From the NCBI GenBank assembly GCA_030427685.1, contig JAUIBB010000002.1, positions 1-43,686 of the forward strand: a stretch of 43,686 nucleotides of DNA, written 5' to 3'. The stretch's first letter is position 1; each line of letters starts with the position of its first letter. Made by a program: the position numbers and the translations under genes. The notes under the pieces were generated by a model. That model did no database searches. It saw nothing but the letters and a program-made list of their open reading frames with translations, and was not told the origin of the DNA. Origin of the DNA: Alphaproteobacteria bacterium (GTDB taxonomy: Bacteria; Pseudomonadota; Alphaproteobacteria; Rickettsiales; UBA3002). Positions 18,934 through 28,968 of this stretch are shown here, piece by piece.

Positions 18934-20580
18934 ATGAGTCAGCGTAACAATCATGATCACTCTCACCAGCATCACCACTCCCATAACGGGCATGGCCACC
19001 AGCGTAATAGCTTTATTTCATTTAATTACCAGCCGGGGAATTTCCGCCCTTACTATGGTAACCGTGCCTATAACCGCGGCTTTGGCGGGGTAGGGTTAAA
19101 CCTTGGATTGGGTATTGGCGTTGGCGGCGGCATTGGCTTTGGTAACGGCGTGGGCTTTGGCAACTTTGGTGGGGGACAGTATTACCGTCCTTATGGCTAT
19201 AAGCCTGCCTATTCAAATTACATGAACAACTATGCGCAGAACCGCGCCTATAACCTTCGGCAGCAGCGTATGCAAGGCTATGATGACGGTTACGATGACC
19301 GCCAGCCAGCACAGGAAGAGCCACGTTATAACGATAACGCACGCTACAATGATAACAGCTATGACCAGCCTACGCATCAGGATGCTCCGGCGCCTCAGCC
19401 GCAATATGTGCCGGATAATGCGTCCACAGGTACCGTAAATGTGGCTGAAGAGGCGCAGCTGTTTGCGACTTCGATCGCATCAGCCATGAAAACACAGGAT
19501 CCGGCGCTGCGCGCGACGCTGATTAGTAATGCGCTGGCCCATGCCGCTGCCTGTAGCCAGAATGGCCGGGTGGAATTCCCCCGGGGGATGAAGGTTGGCG
19601 TTGTCTGTGCCAATGGCGAAATGGGATCCTTCTCATTTAACGATGGCTATCGCAGTTTTTCTTCGCCGGAGGAAGCGATCCAGCGCGTCACGAACTCCAT
19701 GTCGGCGCGTCGTCCGGATGGAAACTATTTCGTCGGCCCGGCGATTTCGGCTGCAGAAGTAGCGCATGTCAAGAGCGCAACGGCGCTGGCTGACAATCAG
19801 CGTACGCAATCCAATACCCATACGCCACCCGCATCGCCGGTGGATGGACTTTCCCTGCTGACAGACGCGCAGAGCAAAGCGCTCCAGAACCAGCTGGTTG
19901 CAGGTGGCTATCTCGATCAGGCGCAGGCCGATGGAAAATGGAGCGAAGCAAACAAAGGCGCGCTCGATAACATGTTGATGGACTATAACGGCGTTGATCC
20001 CTCGACGCGTGGTAGCGATGCTCCGGCCAGAATTGATATTGGTGCTGTCCATAAGACACCGCTTTCGCTGATTGATAAGGTCATGGCTGCCGCTACCCTG
20101 CAAGCACAGGCAAAAGCATCGCAGCATAAAGAAACCACGCCTCCGCAGGTGGATACGAAGCCCAAGGCTTCGCCAGCGACTGAGCCAACGGCCTCGCGTG
20201 CGGTTGGGACGACAAAAGAGACGGCGAAAGCCAAAGCCAACTTCCTGGACACGTATGCGAAGAACCTGAGCTTTGGGAATCCAAGCGATGCTGTGGCAAA
20301 CATCGAGGGTATGGTAAACCCACAACACCAAAACCAGAAGCTGGAGATCAACGAGCTGGTTACACTCAACCAGACGCTGCAGCAGAAGAAGGATGCCGGT
20401 GTTTCACCTGCAAGTGAAGCAAAGCTCACGACAATCCAGAACTCGCTTAATGCACTCCTCAAGGCCGAGGGGGTCGAGAAAGATCCGGCAGGCATCTACC
20501 ATGATGCCCAGCATGGGGGTGATGTGGTAGCGCCAATCGGTGGTAGCAAGCCTGTTGCCAGCACGGCGCGCGGCCAATAA
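18934..20580 (+). CDS. Hypothetical protein: His-rich N-terminus, Gly/Asn/Tyr low-complexity region, possible peptidoglycan-binding-like module
   Basis: An SD-like gaGGGGgg lies 5-6 nt upstream. The N-terminus is MSQRNNHDHSHQHHHSHNGHGHQ. The low-complexity part reads GFGGVGLNLGLGIGVGGGIGFGNGVGFGNFGGGQYYRPYGYKPAYSNYMNNY. The segment ALQNQLVAGGYLDQAQADGKWSEANKGALDNML resembles PG_binding_1 spacing. Confidence 0.6.
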   Translation: MSQRNNHDHSHQHHHSHNGHGHQRNSFISFNYQPGNFRPYYGNRAYNRGFGGVGLNLGLGIGVGGGIGFGNGVGFGNFGGGQYYRPYGYKPAYSNYMNNYAQNRAYNLRQQRMQGYDDGYDDRQPAQEEPRYNDNARYNDNSYDQPTHQDAPAPQPQYVPDNASTGTVNVAEEAQLFATSIASAMKTQDPALRATLISNALAHAAACSQNGRVEFPRGMKVGVVCANGEMGSFSFNDGYRSFSSPEEAIQRVTNSMSARRPDGNYFVGPAISAAEVAHVKSATALADNQRTQSNTHTPPASPVDGLSLLTDAQSKALQNQLVAGGYLDQAQADGKWSEANKGALDNMLMDYNGVDPSTRGSDAPARIDIGAVHKTPLSLIDKVMAAATLQAQAKASQHKETTPPQVDTKPKASPATEPTASRAVGTTKETAKAKANFLDTYAKNLSFGNPSDAVANIEGMVNPQHQNQKLEINELVTLNQTLQQKKDAGVSPASEAKLTTIQNSLNALLKAEGVEKDPAGIYHDAQHGGDVVAPIGGSKPVASTARGQ

Positions 20581-20619
20581 GGGCTTGTCGCCCGTTGATT
20601 GCTTTGCTACGAAACCCGC

Positions 20620-21237
20620 ATGCGTCACGCTCCTACACCTGTTCCAGATGATATTCCCGTCACCAAAGTTGGTGCGGTCATCCTGCGGTTGCGTGATGGC
20701 CAGCCTCAGGTGCTGCTGAACCAGCCGCGCCCGAAACCCCTCACGCCAGAAGACATGCCTTCACCGGGATTGGTGCGCGGTACGCGGATGTATCAGGATG
20801 CTTCCGGGCAGATGCTGGATGCTAATCATGATGGCCGAACCCCACCACCGGAAGGTGCGGTGCTGGAGCCTTTGCAGAAAACTCTGGCACGTGAAGTTGA
20901 GGAAGAGGCAAGCCTAACCCTACCGATGCTGGAATTAGCGCAGGTAAAGGATCTGGGAGCATATCAATTCCCTTCACGCAAAAAGGAGCCATACCCTATC
21001 CACTGGTATGGGGTGATGCTCGATGAGGTGGCGGCGGATGCCCTGCCGCTTGATGGCCACCGGGATGCGTTGCACACGCGCTGGGCATCGCTTGCTGAGC
21101 TAAAAGCCATGGTGGTGGAGGGACGCATGTCGCCGGGTTATGTACCGATTGCCGAGCTGGCAGTTGCGCAGATGGGGCTAGCGGCTACTGCCAGACTAGC
21201 CCGTAGCCACCCCGATACTCCGCCACGCTTGCGGTAA
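20620..21237 (+). CDS. NUDIX-fold hydrolase-like protein with a degenerate Nudix box
   Basis: The ATG at 20620 gives MRHAPTPV. The Nudix-box remnant is LEPLQKTLAREVEEEASL (the REVEEE core is kept, the leading Gly is not). The last 53 nt overlap the convergent rnd 3' end. Confidence 0.55.
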   Translation: MRHAPTPVPDDIPVTKVGAVILRLRDGQPQVLLNQPRPKPLTPEDMPSPGLVRGTRMYQDASGQMLDANHDGRTPPPEGAVLEPLQKTLAREVEEEASLTLPMLELAQVKDLGAYQFPSRKKEPYPIHWYGVMLDEVAADALPLDGHRDALHTRWASLAELKAMVVEGRMSPGYVPIAELAVAQMGLAATARLARSHPDTPPRLR

Positions 21238-22354
21238 GTTTGCCGGCAAGCAGCGCTTCGGCGGCGGCACCGAAAATCTCGTAGCGCCAACCATGGCTGA
21301 TTGGGCTTTTTTCAAAGGTTACGCGGCCTCGGACGAGGTCTTCCAGGTCATTCTTATGGGCCACGAGTCGTGGCACCACGTTGGCATCTTCGCATTTCTG
21401 GCGCAGCAGGAGCTTTAACTGGTCGAGGCAAGCCTCCTGCGCGGCAGGCATAGGTTTTATCCGCTCGGGCACGGTGGGGTAGCTTTCTTTCGGCAGTGCG
21501 CGCGCGGTATTCAGCGCCTCTACCAGCACGGTCATATTGTCTTTGGAAAGCTGGCCGCTGATGCCACGCACTTCCTGCAACTGCTCTACCGTTTGTGGCA
21601 TTTGCGTGGCGACCTGTACCACCCAGTCATCCTTCAGGATGCGCTGGCGGGGGACGTTTTTCTGTGCGGCCATTTCTTCACGCCATTGGGCGGCAGCGCG
21701 CAGCAGTTGCAATACCAGCGGTGAGCGGGTTTTGGCTTTGAGGCGCATCCATGCGTGGCTGCTATCGACGCGGTATTTGGTGATATCGGCGAGATCGGTC
21801 ATTTCCTGCTCGATCCATCCGGCACGGTTACCGGCGGCAATTTTCTCCTGCAGCTTTTCATAGATGACGCGCAGGTGGATCACATCGTCGAGCGCATAGA
21901 CCAGCTGGCGATCCGACAATGGGCGGCGCGCCCAATCGGTAAAGCGCGAGGCTTTGTCGAGGCTGGCGCCGACAATATCGCGCACGAGGTTCTCGTAGCT
22001 GATGGATTCACCATAGCCGCAGACCATCGCCGCGATCTGTGTGTCGTAGAGCGGGTAGGGGACGAGGCCGGAATCATGGACGAAAATCTCGATATCCTGC
22101 TTCGCCGCGTGGAAGACTTTCACCAGCGCTTCATTGGCAAAGGCGGCGTAAAGCGGTTGCAAATCCATCTCCGGCCCGGCGATGGGGTCGATGGCAACGG
22201 CCTCTTTTGAGGTCGCCACCTGCATCAGGCAAAGCTGCGGGAAGTAGGTGCGCTCACGGATGAATTCCGTATCGACAGTGATGAATTGCTCATCACCAAA
22301 GGTGGCACAGAACTGGGCGAGGTCTTCAGAGGTCGTGATAACGCGTGTTTTCAT
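21185..22354 (-). CDS. rnd: Ribonuclease D
   Basis: 389 aa. The DEDD exonuclease motifs are FITVDTEF, KVFHAAKQDIE and YALDDVIHL, followed by an HRDC-like region. Confidence 0.9.
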   Translation of the reverse strand: MKTRVITTSEDLAQFCATFGDEQFITVDTEFIRERTYFPQLCLMQVATSKEAVAIDPIAGPEMDLQPLYAAFANEALVKVFHAAKQDIEIFVHDSGLVPYPLYDTQIAAMVCGYGESISYENLVRDIVGASLDKASRFTDWARRPLSDRQLVYALDDVIHLRVIYEKLQEKIAAGNRAGWIEQEMTDLADITKYRVDSSHAWMRLKAKTRSPLVLQLLRAAAQWREEMAAQKNVPRQRILKDDWVVQVATQMPQTVEQLQEVRGISGQLSKDNMTVLVEALNTARALPKESYPTVPERIKPMPAAQEACLDQLKLLLRQKCEDANVVPRLVAHKNDLEDLVRGRVTFEKSPISHGWRYEIFGAAAEALLAGKLTASVAEYRGGYGLVWQ

Positions 22355-22371
22355 GCGCTTGTTGTAACGGC

Positions 22372-22629
22372 TTAGGGGCGGTACGCAATCATTTTATGGC
22401 GCGCGCTGCCACCACGGGTGATTTCAAGCTTCGATTTGGGGAGGCCGAAGGCCTTGGCCAGCAAGGCGATGACTGCGGTATTGGCTTTGCCATCCTCTGG
22501 CACGGTGCGGACTTTGACCACCAGCTCGCCAGCGGCATTCAGCCCTTCGATGCCCTCGACCCGGCTCCGGGGCGTGACTTTCAGCGCCAATTGACCCGTG
22601 TTAAGCAGCATTTCTTTTGCATTTTCCAT
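22372..22629 (-). CDS. DUF167 (YggU/UPF0235) family protein
   Basis: 85 aa. [14 protein letters not shown]...[44 protein letters not shown] is the canonical DUF167 pattern. Confidence 0.88.
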   Translation of the reverse strand: MENAKEMLLNTGQLALKVTPRSRVEGIEGLNAAGELVVKVRTVPEDGKANTAVIALLAKAFGLPKSKLEITRGGSARHKMIAYRP

Positions 22630-22675
22630 GCTCTCAGTTATATCACAGCCAGTTCAAATGATAAGGATTACTGCC

Positions 22676-24514
22676 ATGCATGCCTACCGCACCCATACCT
22701 GTAACGACCTGCGCGCCTCGGACGCTGGCCAGACCGTGCGTATCTCTGGCTGGGTACACCGCGTGCGCGACCATGGACAACTGGTGTTTGTCGATGTGCG
22801 CGACCATTACGGCGTGACGCAGATTGTGGCGAATAGCGACAACCCCATGTTCGACACCGCGCAGCGGCTGAAGAACGAATCGGTGATTACCGTTACCGGC
22901 ACGGCGACGGCGCGCGATGCGGCAACCGTGAATAAAGAACTACCAACCGGCGAGATCGAAGTGGTGGTCGACCAGTTGCATGTTGAGTCTGTCGCGGATG
23001 TGCTGCCTATGCAGGTGAACTCGGACGTTGAGTTCCCGGAATCTACGCGCCTGACTTACCGCTTCCTCGATATGCGTCGCGAGAAGCTGCATCAAAATAT
23101 TGTGCTGCGCTCGAAGGTGATTTCCTCCCTGCGTCGCCGCATGACGGACCAGGGTTTCCTTGAATACCAGACGCCGATTCTTACTGCTTCCTCGCCCGAG
23201 GGTGCACGGGATTACCTCGTGCCGAGCCGCGTGCATCCGGGCAAGTTCTATGCCTTGCCGCAGGCACCGCAGATGTTCAAGCAGCTGCTGATGGTATCGG
23301 GCTTCGATAAATATTTTCAGGTCGCTCCCTGTTTCCGTGATGAGGATGCGCGCGCGGATCGTTCGCCGGGCGAATTCTACCAGCTTGATATCGAGATGAG
23401 CTTCGTCACGCAGGAAGATGTATTCGCGGCGATTGAGCCAGTGCTCTCGGGTACGTTTGCTGAGTTCTCGGACTGGAAAATCATCGCCAATGCGGATGGC
23501 ACGTTCCCGCGCATCACCTACGACGACGCGATGCTGAAATACGGTTCCGATAAGCCAGACCTGCGCAACCCGCTGCTGATTGCAGATGTCGGTGACATTT
23601 GGGAAGGGTCGGAATTCTCGATTTTCAACAATGTCATCAAAAGTGGTGGTGTGGTGCGTGGTGTTCCGGCACCGGGCTGTGCCGATAAGCCGCGTAGCTT
23701 CTTCGACAACATGATCGAGCTGGCCAAAGCACATGGTGCAAAAGGGCTGGCCTATATTGGTTTCGATGCAGATGGCGCGGGTAAAGGGCCGATTGCCAAA
23801 TTCCTGTCGCCAGAGAAGACCGCCGCGCTGAAGGAGCGCCTTGGGCTTGTGAATGGTGATGCGGTGTTCTTCTCCTCGGGTGCGGTGCTCGACGCGGCAA
23901 CCATCGCCGGTAAAGTACGCACGGCGCTGGGCGAGCAACTGAACCTCATCGAGCAAGGTGTCTTCAAGTTCTGCTGGGTAGTGGATTTCCCTTATTATGA
24001 GTGGAACGAGGACGACAAGAAAATCGACTTCTCGCACAATCCGTTCAGCATGCCGCAGGGTGGGCTTGAGGTGCTGCAAAACGCCAAGACAGATGCAGAC
24101 CTGCTCGCCATCAAAGCGTTCCAGTACGATATCGTGTGCAACGGGGTCGAGCTTTCCTCCGGCGCGATCCGGAACCACAAGCCGGAAATCATGGTGAAAG
24201 CGTTCGAGATTGCAGGCTACACGCAGGCAGATATCGAAAGCAAATTCGCGGCGCTGTTCAATGCATTTAAATACGGTGCGCCGCCGCATGGTGGGTTGGC
24301 ACCGGGGGTTGACCGCATGGTCATGCTGCTGGCCGATGAGCCGAACATTCGTGAAGTGATCTGCTTCCCGATGAACCAACAGGCGCAGGATCTGCTGATG
24401 CAGGCACCGAATGTGGCGGATGAAAAACAACTGCGTGAGCTGCATCTCCAGCTTTCTCCCAAAGCCAAGCAGGCGCTGGAAGAAGAGCGCGAGAAAAACG
24501 CGACTGCCGCCTAA
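22676..24514 (+). CDS. aspS: Aspartate--tRNA ligase (bacterial type)
   Basis: The ATG at 22676 gives [13 protein letters not shown], with AAGGA 9 nt upstream. Class II motifs are [40 protein letters not shown] and [13 protein letters not shown]. Confidence 0.95.
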   Translation: MHAYRTHTCNDLRASDAGQTVRISGWVHRVRDHGQLVFVDVRDHYGVTQIVANSDNPMFDTAQRLKNESVITVTGTATARDAATVNKELPTGEIEVVVDQLHVESVADVLPMQVNSDVEFPESTRLTYRFLDMRREKLHQNIVLRSKVISSLRRRMTDQGFLEYQTPILTASSPEGARDYLVPSRVHPGKFYALPQAPQMFKQLLMVSGFDKYFQVAPCFRDEDARADRSPGEFYQLDIEMSFVTQEDVFAAIEPVLSGTFAEFSDWKIIANADGTFPRITYDDAMLKYGSDKPDLRNPLLIADVGDIWEGSEFSIFNNVIKSGGVVRGVPAPGCADKPRSFFDNMIELAKAHGAKGLAYIGFDADGAGKGPIAKFLSPEKTAALKERLGLVNGDAVFFSSGAVLDAATIAGKVRTALGEQLNLIEQGVFKFCWVVDFPYYEWNEDDKKIDFSHNPFSMPQGGLEVLQNAKTDADLLAIKAFQYDIVCNGVELSSGAIRNHKPEIMVKAFEIAGYTQADIESKFAALFNAFKYGAPPHGGLAPGVDRMVMLLADEPNIREVICFPMNQQAQDLLMQAPNVADEKQLRELHLQLSPKAKQALEEEREKNATAA

Positions 24515-24765
24515 TGGAATCTATTCTTATTGCTGTTGGACTGGCTGGTGTCTCGCTGGTGCTGGTGACCTATGGTCTGTTGGCAAGTGGCCGGCTGGCG
24601 GCGCATAGCGCCCCCTACCAATGGTTGAATGTTGTGGGTACGGTGGGGATCCTGCTCTCGCTGAGTGTGCAGTGGAACCTGTCGGCCTTTCTCCTGAATA
24701 TCGCGTGGCTCACCATTGGCGTGGTATCGTTGCTGCGGATTTACCGCCAGCGGAGCGCGTTATGA
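24514..24765 (+). CDS. Small three-TM membrane protein, paralog 1 of a tandem pair
   Basis: The ATG shares a base with the aspS TAA (TAATG). It is 83 aa and fully hydrophobic apart from short loops. It shares the motif QWNLSAFLLNIAWLTIG with the next ORF. Confidence 0.6.
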   Translation: MESILIAVGLAGVSLVLVTYGLLASGRLAAHSAPYQWLNVVGTVGILLSLSVQWNLSAFLLNIAWLTIGVVSLLRIYRQRSAL

Positions 24766-25034
24766 GCATGAGCTTACCCCAACTGATTGGCCTGATTGCG
24801 CCCGTATTGTTTCTCTATGCCTATGCGATGGTATCGCTGGGGCGCTGGCAGGCGTCGCAATTGCGCTTCCATATGGTGAACCTTGTCGGCGCAGTTTTTA
24901 TTCTGGTATCGCTTACCGAGCAGTGGAACTTGCCTGTCTTCGTCCTTGAGGGCTGCTGGGCGCTTATCAGCCTTTATGGCATTATCCGGGCGCGGCGTGC
25001 ACGTTCTGCAACGCTCCCGATGGGTGAAGGTTAA
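24762..25034 (+). CDS. Small three-TM membrane protein, paralog 2 of a tandem pair
   Basis: The ATG at 24762 overlaps the upstream TGA (ATGA). It is 90 aa and carries EQWNLPVFVLEGCWALISL, aligned with paralog 1. The ORF-track start at 24621 is an extension in a region coding in another frame. Confidence 0.6.
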   Translation: MSMSLPQLIGLIAPVLFLYAYAMVSLGRWQASQLRFHMVNLVGAVFILVSLTEQWNLPVFVLEGCWALISLYGIIRARRARSATLPMGEG

Positions 25035-25121
25035 TCCTTACCGTCAGCAAGTGCTCCCGGCGGGAGCGCTTCGATTGTACGGGGTGCAATGTACGGCCCG
25101 GTGAGGCCGTCGCCGCTCAAC

Positions 25122-27845
25122 CTAAATAGCACCGTGGCAGTGTTTGAACTTTTTGCCAGAGCCGCATGGGCAGGCTTCGTTGCGTGCAACCTTGCCCCAG
25201 GTGGTGGGATCATTCGCTACGCGCTCTTCTGGCTTTACCAGCCGTAGTGGTGCGCGGGATGCTTCCGGAATCATGGGCGGTTGCTGCTGCGGTGCCATGG
25301 CAGGATCAATGCGGCTTTCGTGCATTTCTGCCGGTGGTTTCAGGCGCATGATGTCCTCTGTCAGCTCTACCCGGATTTGCAGACGGGCAAGGCGCAGGAT
25401 CACCACTTCGCGCAGGTGGTTCAGCATATGCTCGAACAGGCCGAATGCCTCCTGCTTATACTCGTTCAGCGGGTCGCGCTGCGCATAGGCGCGCAGGTTG
25501 ATGCCCTGCCGCAGATGGTCAAGCGTCAGCAGATGGTCTTTCCAGAGCTGGTCGAGGGTTTCGAGAAGAATGCGCTTCTCGGCGAGAGGGTAGACGCCCT
25601 CGGGGAAGCTCGCGGCCTTCTGGATGAAGAGTGCTTCTGTCGCCTCGTTCACGCGTTCGAGAATCTCGGGATGGGCGATGCCTTCTTCTGCTGCCCAGGT
25701 GACTACTGGTACATCCAGCCCATAAATACGCTGTAGTTCGAGATGCAGTGCGTTTGCGTCCCACGCCTCGGCATAGCTTTCAGGCGGGATATAGGTGCTG
25801 ACGAGGTGTTGGTTCACGTCGGCGCGCATATCGATGATGGTTTCACTGACATCGGTTGCATCCATCAGCTCGATGCGTTGCTCGTAGATAACTTTCCGCT
25901 GGTCGTTCATCACGTCATCGTATTTGAGCAGGGTTTTGCGGATTTCATAGTTGCGCTGCTCGACCTTGCTTTGGGCACGTTCGATGGCTTTGTTCATCCA
26001 CGGGTGGATGATCGCTTCACCTTCCTGCAATCCCAACTTGACCAGCATGGAGTCGATCCGCTCGGAACCGAAAATCCGCATCAGGTCATCTTCCAGCGAG
26101 AGGAAGAATTTCGATGCGCCGGGGTCACCCTGGCGGCCTGAGCGGCCACGTAGCTGGTTGTCGATACGCCGGGACTCATGGCGCTCGGTACCGATGACGA
26201 ACAGGCCGCCTGCCGCGCGGACGATTTCTTTGTCGGCAGCAACCTGCGCGCGGATGCGTTCTGCAATGGCAGCGTGCTGGGTGGTGTCTGCAACGCGTGC
26301 TGTTTCGGCGCTAATCAGCATTTCAGCATTGCCACCGAGCATAATGTCGGTACCACGGCCAGCCATGTTGGTGGCGATGGTGACAGCGCCAGGGCGGCCA
26401 GCCTGCGAGATGATCTGAGCTTCCTGCTCGTGGTAGCGGGCGTTGAGCACCTGATGCGGAATTTTCTCTTTCTTGAGGCGCGCGGCGAAGGATTCGGATT
26501 TCTCGATGCTCACGGTGCCGATCAGCATTGGCTGTTTGCGTGCATGGGCTTCTTTGATGAGGGCGACCACGGCGGCATCACGCTCGGCGCTGGTGCGGTA
26601 GATTTCATCATGCTCATCAAGGCGTGCGATGGGTGCATGGGTGGGGACTTCCACAGCATCCAGCTTGTAAATATCATCGAACTCGCCGGCTTCGGTCATT
26701 GCCGTGCCGGTCATCCCGGCCAGTTTCGGATAGAGGCGGAAATAGTTCTGGAAGGTAATGCTGGCGAGGGTTTGGTTCTCGTTTTGGATCGTGACGTTTT
26801 CCTTGGCTTCCAGTGCCTGATGCAGCCCTTCGGAATAGCGGCGGCCATCCATCATCCGGCCCGTGAATTCGTCAATAATGATCACCTTATCGTCTTTGAC
26901 GATGTAGTCGGTATCGCGCTTGAACAGGGCATGTGCACGTAGGGCCTGCGTGACATGGTGGACGATGATGACATTGTCGATGTCGTAAAGTCCGCTGCCT
27001 TCTTTCAGCAGTCCGGCGCTGGTGAGGAGCGCTTCGATATGGGGAACGCCCACGTCATTCAGCGTGACGTTGCGGCTTTTTTCGTCGAGGTCGTAATCTT
27101 CCTCAGTCAGCATCGGAATGAAACGGTTGATGCTGGTATAAAGCTCGGAGTTGTCTTCGGTTGGGCCGGAGATAATCAGTGGCGTCCGGGCTTCATCGAT
27201 CAGGATGGAATCCACTTCATCGATGAGGGCGTAGTTGAAGGGGCGCTGTACCATTTCTTCGCGGCCATACTTCATGTTGTCGCGCAGATAGTCGAAGCCC
27301 AGCTCGTTGTTGGTCGCGTAGGTGATGTCGCAGTTATAGGCGTGTTTGCGGCCATCGTCGCGCAGTTCGTTGACGACGACGCCGACGGTCAGGCCCAGAA
27401 ACTGGTGGATTTTCCCCATCCATTCCGAGTCACGCCGGGCGAGGTAGTCGTTGACGGTAACGATATGCACGCCTTTCCCCGTGAGGGCGTTCAGGTAAGC
27501 GGGGAGGGTCGAGACGAGGGTTTTCCCCTCACCGGTTTTCATCTCCGAGATCATGCCTTTATGCAGCACCATGCCGCCGACCATCTGTACGTCGAAATGG
27601 CGCATGCCGAGTACACGCTTGCTGGCCTCACGTACGACGGCAAAGGCTTCCACCATCAGGCTGTCGAGTTTCGCGCCGTTGGCGAGGCGCATGCGGAATT
27701 CTGCTGTTTTTGCGCGGAGCTGCTCATCGCTTAGCGCGGCGATCGAAGGCTCCAGCGCGTTGATTGCCGCAACCTCCTTATGCAGGCTGGCGACCAGCCG
27801 GTCATTGGCACTACCGAAGATTTTTTTAGCGAGGGAAGTCAGCAT
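25122..27845 (-). CDS. secA: Preprotein translocase ATPase SecA
   Basis: The ATG at 27845 gives [16 protein letters not shown]. Motor motifs are MKTGEGKTL and [21 protein letters not shown]. The C-terminal zinc motif is [14 protein letters not shown]. Confidence 0.96.
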   Translation of the reverse strand: MLTSLAKKIFGSANDRLVASLHKEVAAINALEPSIAALSDEQLRAKTAEFRMRLANGAKLDSLMVEAFAVVREASKRVLGMRHFDVQMVGGMVLHKGMISEMKTGEGKTLVSTLPAYLNALTGKGVHIVTVNDYLARRDSEWMGKIHQFLGLTVGVVVNELRDDGRKHAYNCDITYATNNELGFDYLRDNMKYGREEMVQRPFNYALIDEVDSILIDEARTPLIISGPTEDNSELYTSINRFIPMLTEEDYDLDEKSRNVTLNDVGVPHIEALLTSAGLLKEGSGLYDIDNVIIVHHVTQALRAHALFKRDTDYIVKDDKVIIIDEFTGRMMDGRRYSEGLHQALEAKENVTIQNENQTLASITFQNYFRLYPKLAGMTGTAMTEAGEFDDIYKLDAVEVPTHAPIARLDEHDEIYRTSAERDAAVVALIKEAHARKQPMLIGTVSIEKSESFAARLKKEKIPHQVLNARYHEQEAQIISQAGRPGAVTIATNMAGRGTDIMLGGNAEMLISAETARVADTTQHAAIAERIRAQVAADKEIVRAAGGLFVIGTERHESRRIDNQLRGRSGRQGDPGASKFFLSLEDDLMRIFGSERIDSMLVKLGLQEGEAIIHPWMNKAIERAQSKVEQRNYEIRKTLLKYDDVMNDQRKVIYEQRIELMDATDVSETIIDMRADVNQHLVSTYIPPESYAEAWDANALHLELQRIYGLDVPVVTWAAEEGIAHPEILERVNEATEALFIQKAASFPEGVYPLAEKRILLETLDQLWKDHLLTLDHLRQGINLRAYAQRDPLNEYKQEAFGLFEHMLNHLREVVILRLARLQIRVELTEDIMRLKPPAEMHESRIDPAMAPQQQPPMIPEASRAPLRLVKPEERVANDPTTWGKVARNEACPCGSGKKFKHCHGAI

Positions 27846-28035
27846 AAGTTCCAATCCTGACCCATAGGGGTCATTCTACATAGATCCAGTCCGCGGATAG
27901 ATAGGGTGCGCAAGGCGGCCTGTCAATTGCTAGGCGTTGTTAATAACCGCCGCTACCTGTTGCCCATACTTGCACTTATCCCGGATTTATGGCAATCAGG
28001 CGACAATGTTTCACCCTTTAGCACAAGGATATCCC

Positions 28036-28968
28036 ATGCGGTTTGTTTATACGGTTTCCATGCTGGCATTGCTTGCCGTTGCGAGCCCGGCACTGGCGGA
28101 TGACTATGTTATTATGAAGGTCAATAATCAGGATGTTGCGGTATCTGAGGCGAAAGCGTTCTGGAATGGGTTGTTTCCATCTGGCGAAGCCCCTGCCTTC
28201 GAGAGTGTAAAGCCAGACGTACGCGATAAAATCCTGCGTGGAATCATGGCCGAGAAGCTGGTTTATGGCGAGGCGCTGGCAAAGGGTGCCGATAAGTCAG
28301 AAGCGGTGCAAAAGGAGCTGGAAGCACTCAAGAAAAAGCTGGTGATCCGCACCTTCCTCGATAGCAAAACCGGTGAGAGCATCACCGATGCCGACCTGAA
28401 AAAGGAATATGATGCCGTCACTGCGGGCGAGAAAGATGAGCGCGAAGTCCGTGCGCGGCATATTCTGCTGGCTACCGAAAAAGAAGCGAAGGAAGCCCGT
28501 AAAAAGATCGAGGATGGCAAAAGCTTCGAGGCCGTTGCCCGTGAATACTCCAAGGATGCCGGTTCTGCTAAACAAGGCGGTGATCTTGGTTATTTCACCA
28601 AAGACAAGATGGTCAAAGAATTTGCCGAAGCTGCATTTTCGCTCAAAAAAGGGGCGGTTTCCGAGCCGGTAAAAACCGCGTTTGGCTGGCATATTATCAA
28701 GGTAGAAGATAGCCGCAATGTGGTGCCGCCATCGTTTGAATCCATGAAGGATCAGTTGCGTGCCAACTTGCAGGAACGACGCCTGAATGACTATGTGACC
28801 GGGTTGGTAAAGTCGGCGGATGTTGAAGTGTTCGATGCGAAAGGTAAGGCGATGCCTTTTGATAAAAACCTGCCAACGCCAGAGAAGCCTGCCGCGCATG
28901 TGAATACAAAATCCGCGCCGCTGATTGTAAAGGTCGATAAGCCTGCTGCTAAAAGCGACGTACAGTAA
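28036..28968 (+). CDS. Periplasmic parvulin-type peptidyl-prolyl isomerase (SurA/PpiC-like)
   Basis: The ATG at 28036 opens the signal peptide MRFVYTVSMLALLAVASPALA. The parvulin core is RARHILLATEKEAKEARKKIEDGKSFEAVAREYSKD...GGDLGYF...FGWHIIKVED. Confidence 0.85.
   Translation: MRFVYTVSMLALLAVASPALADDYVIMKVNNQDVAVSEAKAFWNGLFPSGEAPAFESVKPDVRDKILRGIMAEKLVYGEALAKGADKSEAVQKELEALKKKLVIRTFLDSKTGESITDADLKKEYDAVTAGEKDEREVRARHILLATEKEAKEARKKIEDGKSFEAVAREYSKDAGSAKQGGDLGYFTKDKMVKEFAEAAFSLKKGAVSEPVKTAFGWHIIKVEDSRNVVPPSFESMKDQLRANLQERRLNDYVTGLVKSADVEVFDAKGKAMPFDKNLPTPEKPAAHVNTKSAPLIVKVDKPAAKSDVQ

Noticed and set aside
22940-24445. A 501-aa ORF antisense to aspS. Similar long antisense ORFs lie at 14596-15807, 16009-16896, 13355-14071, 10436-11170 and 31979-33070.
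   Set aside because: All lie opposite strongly conserved genes and have Arg-rich, low-information translations. They are best explained as GC-driven shadow ORFs.
25051-25110. Two GC hairpins between the convergent membrane-protein pair and secA (gtgctccc-ggc-gggagcgc and acggcc-cggtga-ggccgt), considered as REP/MITE-like repeats.
   Set aside because: I saw no other copies in the window, and there are no terminal inverted repeats or target duplications. They are more likely simple U-tract-less transcript-end structures for the convergent genes.
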